In this document: piece by piece, positions 63,869-64,000 of the stretch
How positions within the stretch are numbered: the stretch's first letter is position 1
Layout of the letters: each line of letters starts with the position of its first letter
Source of the DNA: a virus
Taxonomy: Duplodnaviria; Caudoviricetes
Length of the DNA stretch: 64,000 nucleotides
IMG/VR virus record: IMGVR_UViG_3300029267_001596
Location: 284 to 64,283 of that record
Direction: 5' to 3' (one strand)
Made by a program: the position numbers and the translations under genes
The notes under the pieces: generated by a model
What the model was told of the DNA's origin: nothing
Databases searched by the model: none
The model's input: the letters and a program-made list of their open reading frames with translations, nothing else

Positions 63869-64000
63869 TTACGCCTTTCTGTGCACTGGTTCAGTCAGGG
63901 ACCGCTCGATGGGCCATCCAAGTTTGAATATCCTGGCCTGGACAATGACCGGAGGGAGCCCCATCTTCCTGGCCCACTGAGAAACCGTCAGTGTTTCACC
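63869..64000 (-). CDS. C-terminal end of an HNH/AP2-type protein (partial)
   Basis: GETLTVSQWARKMGLPPVIVQARIFKLGWPIERSLTEPVHRKA*. Confidence 0.7.
   Translation of the reverse strand, partial: GETLTVSQWARKMGLPPVIVQARIFKLGWPIERSLTEPVHRKA

Overview
A high-GC, near-complete temperate phage genome (about 64.2 kb, apparently circular and excised) with a podovirus-like structural block. The host is probably a planctomycete (Phycisphaerae-like), inferred from the integrase type, a Myb-like basic protein and a PEP-CTERM-type moron. Almost all genes are on the minus strand. Modules: replication (rusA, initiator, dnaB); packaging and morphogenesis (terS, terL, portal, scaffold, capsid, adaptor, tail tube, ejection proteins, a 3033-aa polyvalent protein with a DNA methyltransferase domain, a double beta-helix tailspike); a plus-strand regulatory and moron island at 19.3-21.5 kb; and a long early/accessory arm (xis-int, recombination, DNA methyltransferases, Tad2-like protein). 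The best candidate for a new system is a phage Csr/Rsm circuit. It comprises an unannotated 56-aa divergent CsrA (2766-2936), an array of ANGGAN-loop hairpins (18608-18728) and an AGGAU hairpin over the start codon of a leader ORF that controls an apparent attenuator (18872-18983). Other unusual items: an Rrf2-acyl carrier protein fusion with a nested ACP start, two tRNA-shaped RNAs with large insertions bracketing xis-int, attP inside the integrase gene, a Tat-signal protein resembling a capsid fragment, signal peptides on tail-module proteins, and a glycosyltransferase/methyltransferase pair between capsid and tail genes. All family calls come from motif recognition by eye; no searches were run.
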